DNA of 64,000 nucleotides from Octopus sinensis (lineage: Eukaryota), in contig NC_043000.1 of the NCBI RefSeq assembly GCF_006345805.1, forward strand, positions 16,368,001 through 16,432,000, read 5' to 3'. A model generated the notes under the pieces. That model was not told the origin of the DNA. It worked only from the letters and a program-made list of their open reading frames with translations, and ran no database searches. The translations under genes were made by a program, and so were the position numbers. Positions within the stretch are counted from its first letter, which is position 1; every line of letters starts with the position of its first letter. Shown here piece after piece: positions 62,035 through 64,000 of this stretch.

Positions 62035-62066
<32 letters not shown>
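61998..62066. repeat. (TA)n microsatellite about 40 nt upstream of the GCLC start codon
   Basis: Directly visible. Confidence 0.95.
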
Positions 62067-62399
62067 ACAGTTGAACAAACGGGTTGTTTTTGTTTTTTTT
62101 TTAGGTTTGCTCTTTGAATAAAGGCTTCTATTAAACTTGCTTGGCAATGAATGGTGGGAGTTTATCTGGAGCGGGTACAACACTTTAGTAAATAGAGAGC
62201 TGAAATGTGAATTGAATTCCTCTTTACTTCTATTAAAAAGAGTTCAATCATTGAAAGGAACGGGGGGAGAGAAGACGAGTGTAAACAACTAAACACATTC
62301 GAGTTTTTGACAACTCCCTATTGCGCATGTGTAGCCTTGGCAGCGGTGACTGAGGAAAATTAGCCTAACTTCTTTTGCTTCACCTTAGTTAATTCATTA

Positions 62400-62796
62400 C
62401 TAGCAGTATCGCCCGGCGTTGCTCGGACTTGTAAGGGAAATAACTATATAAGCATTTTTAGAGAGTTATAGCCAAAAAATAGCAAAAAAATGCATTAAAA
62501 ATGGAAAAAAAAATGATGGTAATTTTTTTTAAGTCGTTGACTCATCGTAGACATTTTTAGAGAGTTACTTCCCTTATATGATAGCGAAAAAATGCATTAA
62601 AATGGAAAAAAATGATGGTAATTTTTTTTTTAAATCGTAGACTCATCGTAGACGAGCGCTAATACCCAGAAGGGCTCGATATGAATCACGACTATAAGAT
62701 ACCCGGTTTTGGTTAAACTGCACCGCAAAATGTGGGAGTAGTTAGGAATCTAAATCGTAGGAGACAGACACACAACTTCACTTTTATATATAAAGA
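62400..62796 (-). mobile_element. Non-autonomous Helitron, subfamily 1, about 440 bp upstream of the GCLC ATG
   Basis: Reverse complement of 20673-21068; on the minus strand A|TCTTTATATATAAAAG...CTGCTAG|T; CpGs retained. Confidence 0.9.
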
Positions 62797-64000
62797 TATT
62801 TATTATTAAAATTTGTGCGGACTTATTTTATTTAAGTTTTAGCATGTGTTTAAACGTATTCGTGTATTTGTTGCTGTATAATCACAGACCAATGGTCAAA
62901 GGCGTTCCAACCATGGACATCCAATTTTCTTTTCAAAATTGTGTATTTAGAGTCACATTAAGTAATAAATCCGTCCTATTTTGCGAGAGTAAATGTAATT
63001 TGAGGAAGATTTCACTGCTATTTCTAGCAGGTGAAGTTGCGATTTAAGGGTGATTTCACTGTTATTTCTAGCAGAGTGGCTCCTCCATTGGCTTGTGCTT
63101 GGATTTGAATACATTATTTATGGACTCCTAAAAAAACATGAAATAGTGATCTAATCATTGTAATTCTTTTTTAAGTCGGTTCTTTCAACTGATTGTTTAT
63201 TCATTGAAAATAACAGCTATTCGCAGTTAGTAAAATTTAGTATAAAAGTAGATAGCATCTATACACGGCGCTATCTTATCTTTCGTCGAGTAGCCCCTAT
63301 GATTTGTTGCTTGTGTACAATATTGTACATATATTTAGTGTGATTCTCTCATTACTACTGCAGCAGTACGGTAAAGTTTATACTTTCCTAAGAAGCTCTA
63401 ATAATACAGAAACATGCTTGAAGTTGTCTCCCGTACTTATCCCCTCCCTCAGCTCCCTGCATTCTGAGTTCACATTCCACTGAGATCAACTTTGCCTTTC
63501 ATTTCTAGGTCGACAAAGCACCAATTCAAGTTGATTGGCGGAATTGTTTAAAACGGCAGACGAAATGCCTTGCGATATTTTTCCCGATCTTCACGTTCTG
63601 AGATCAAATTCTCCAGCTTACTGAAGTCCTATCAATACCAAAGTCACTGCAAGGTGCTAATATCAACTCTTGTAATGTAAAAAAAATATATATATATATA
63701 CTACTGTAGTGACATGATCAGACTAGACACCCCTCCAGTGTTCCTGAACTCTCATTCTGTTACGCTACCTATGAAACTCCGATGAACTTGGGAAGTTAAT
63801 GTGGTATAAGTTCATAGGAGTTCTATGCGTCCGAAGCATCCGAAAGGATTTACCTTTCGATCTTCTTAGAAAATGTGTGTGTTGACTTGAATACACGACG
63901 GCGTTCTACTTTTATCTTCTTCAGCAAGGCTTTCTTATTTTTCCTATGAATTCTTGGCAGTTCATTTTGGACAGATGTAAAGTTCTTAAATCCATCGTCA

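Noticed and set aside
62060-64000. Antioxidant response element (Nrf2 site) expected upstream of GCLC
   Set aside because: No exact TGACnnnGC seen by eye; the nearest matches (TGACTGAGG, TGACTCATC) lack the GC dinucleotide.

Overview
Eukaryotic, AT-rich, repeat-saturated genomic DNA. The host is most likely an octopus; this is inferred from the tRNA-derived SINE families, RTE tails and abundant (TA)n tracts and was not verified by search. The only host gene supported is the 5' half of glutamate-cysteine ligase catalytic subunit (GCLC) on the minus strand: four coding exons (61959-61810, 24105-23996, 14633-14514, 3126-3061) that splice in frame through GT-AG introns of about 37.7, 9.4 and 11.4 kb. 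The gene continues beyond position 1. The rest is intron or upstream sequence filled with 5'-truncated RTE LINEs (at least four different 3' ends), three tRNA-derived SINE families (called B, C and D here), non-autonomous Helitrons and Helentron-type elements, Tc1/mariner, piggyBac and hAT derivatives, Gypsy, CR1 and Penelope remnants, and microsatellites. Nearly all ORFs in the supplied track are microsatellite or repeat artefacts. Most notable observations: (1) two paralogous segments each hit at the identical nucleotide by a different SINE family; (2) a minimal hammerhead-ribozyme motif in a short TA-flanked element, plus two decayed relatives; (3) a PHD-type zinc finger inside an RTE ORF2; (4) a CpG-eroded 28S rRNA fragment; (5) two long fold-back elements; (6) an apparent template-switch duplication; (7) a Helitron carrying an AP-1 motif just upstream of GCLC. 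No computation or database search was run. Repeat boundaries are by eye unless termini or target-site duplications (TSDs) are quoted.
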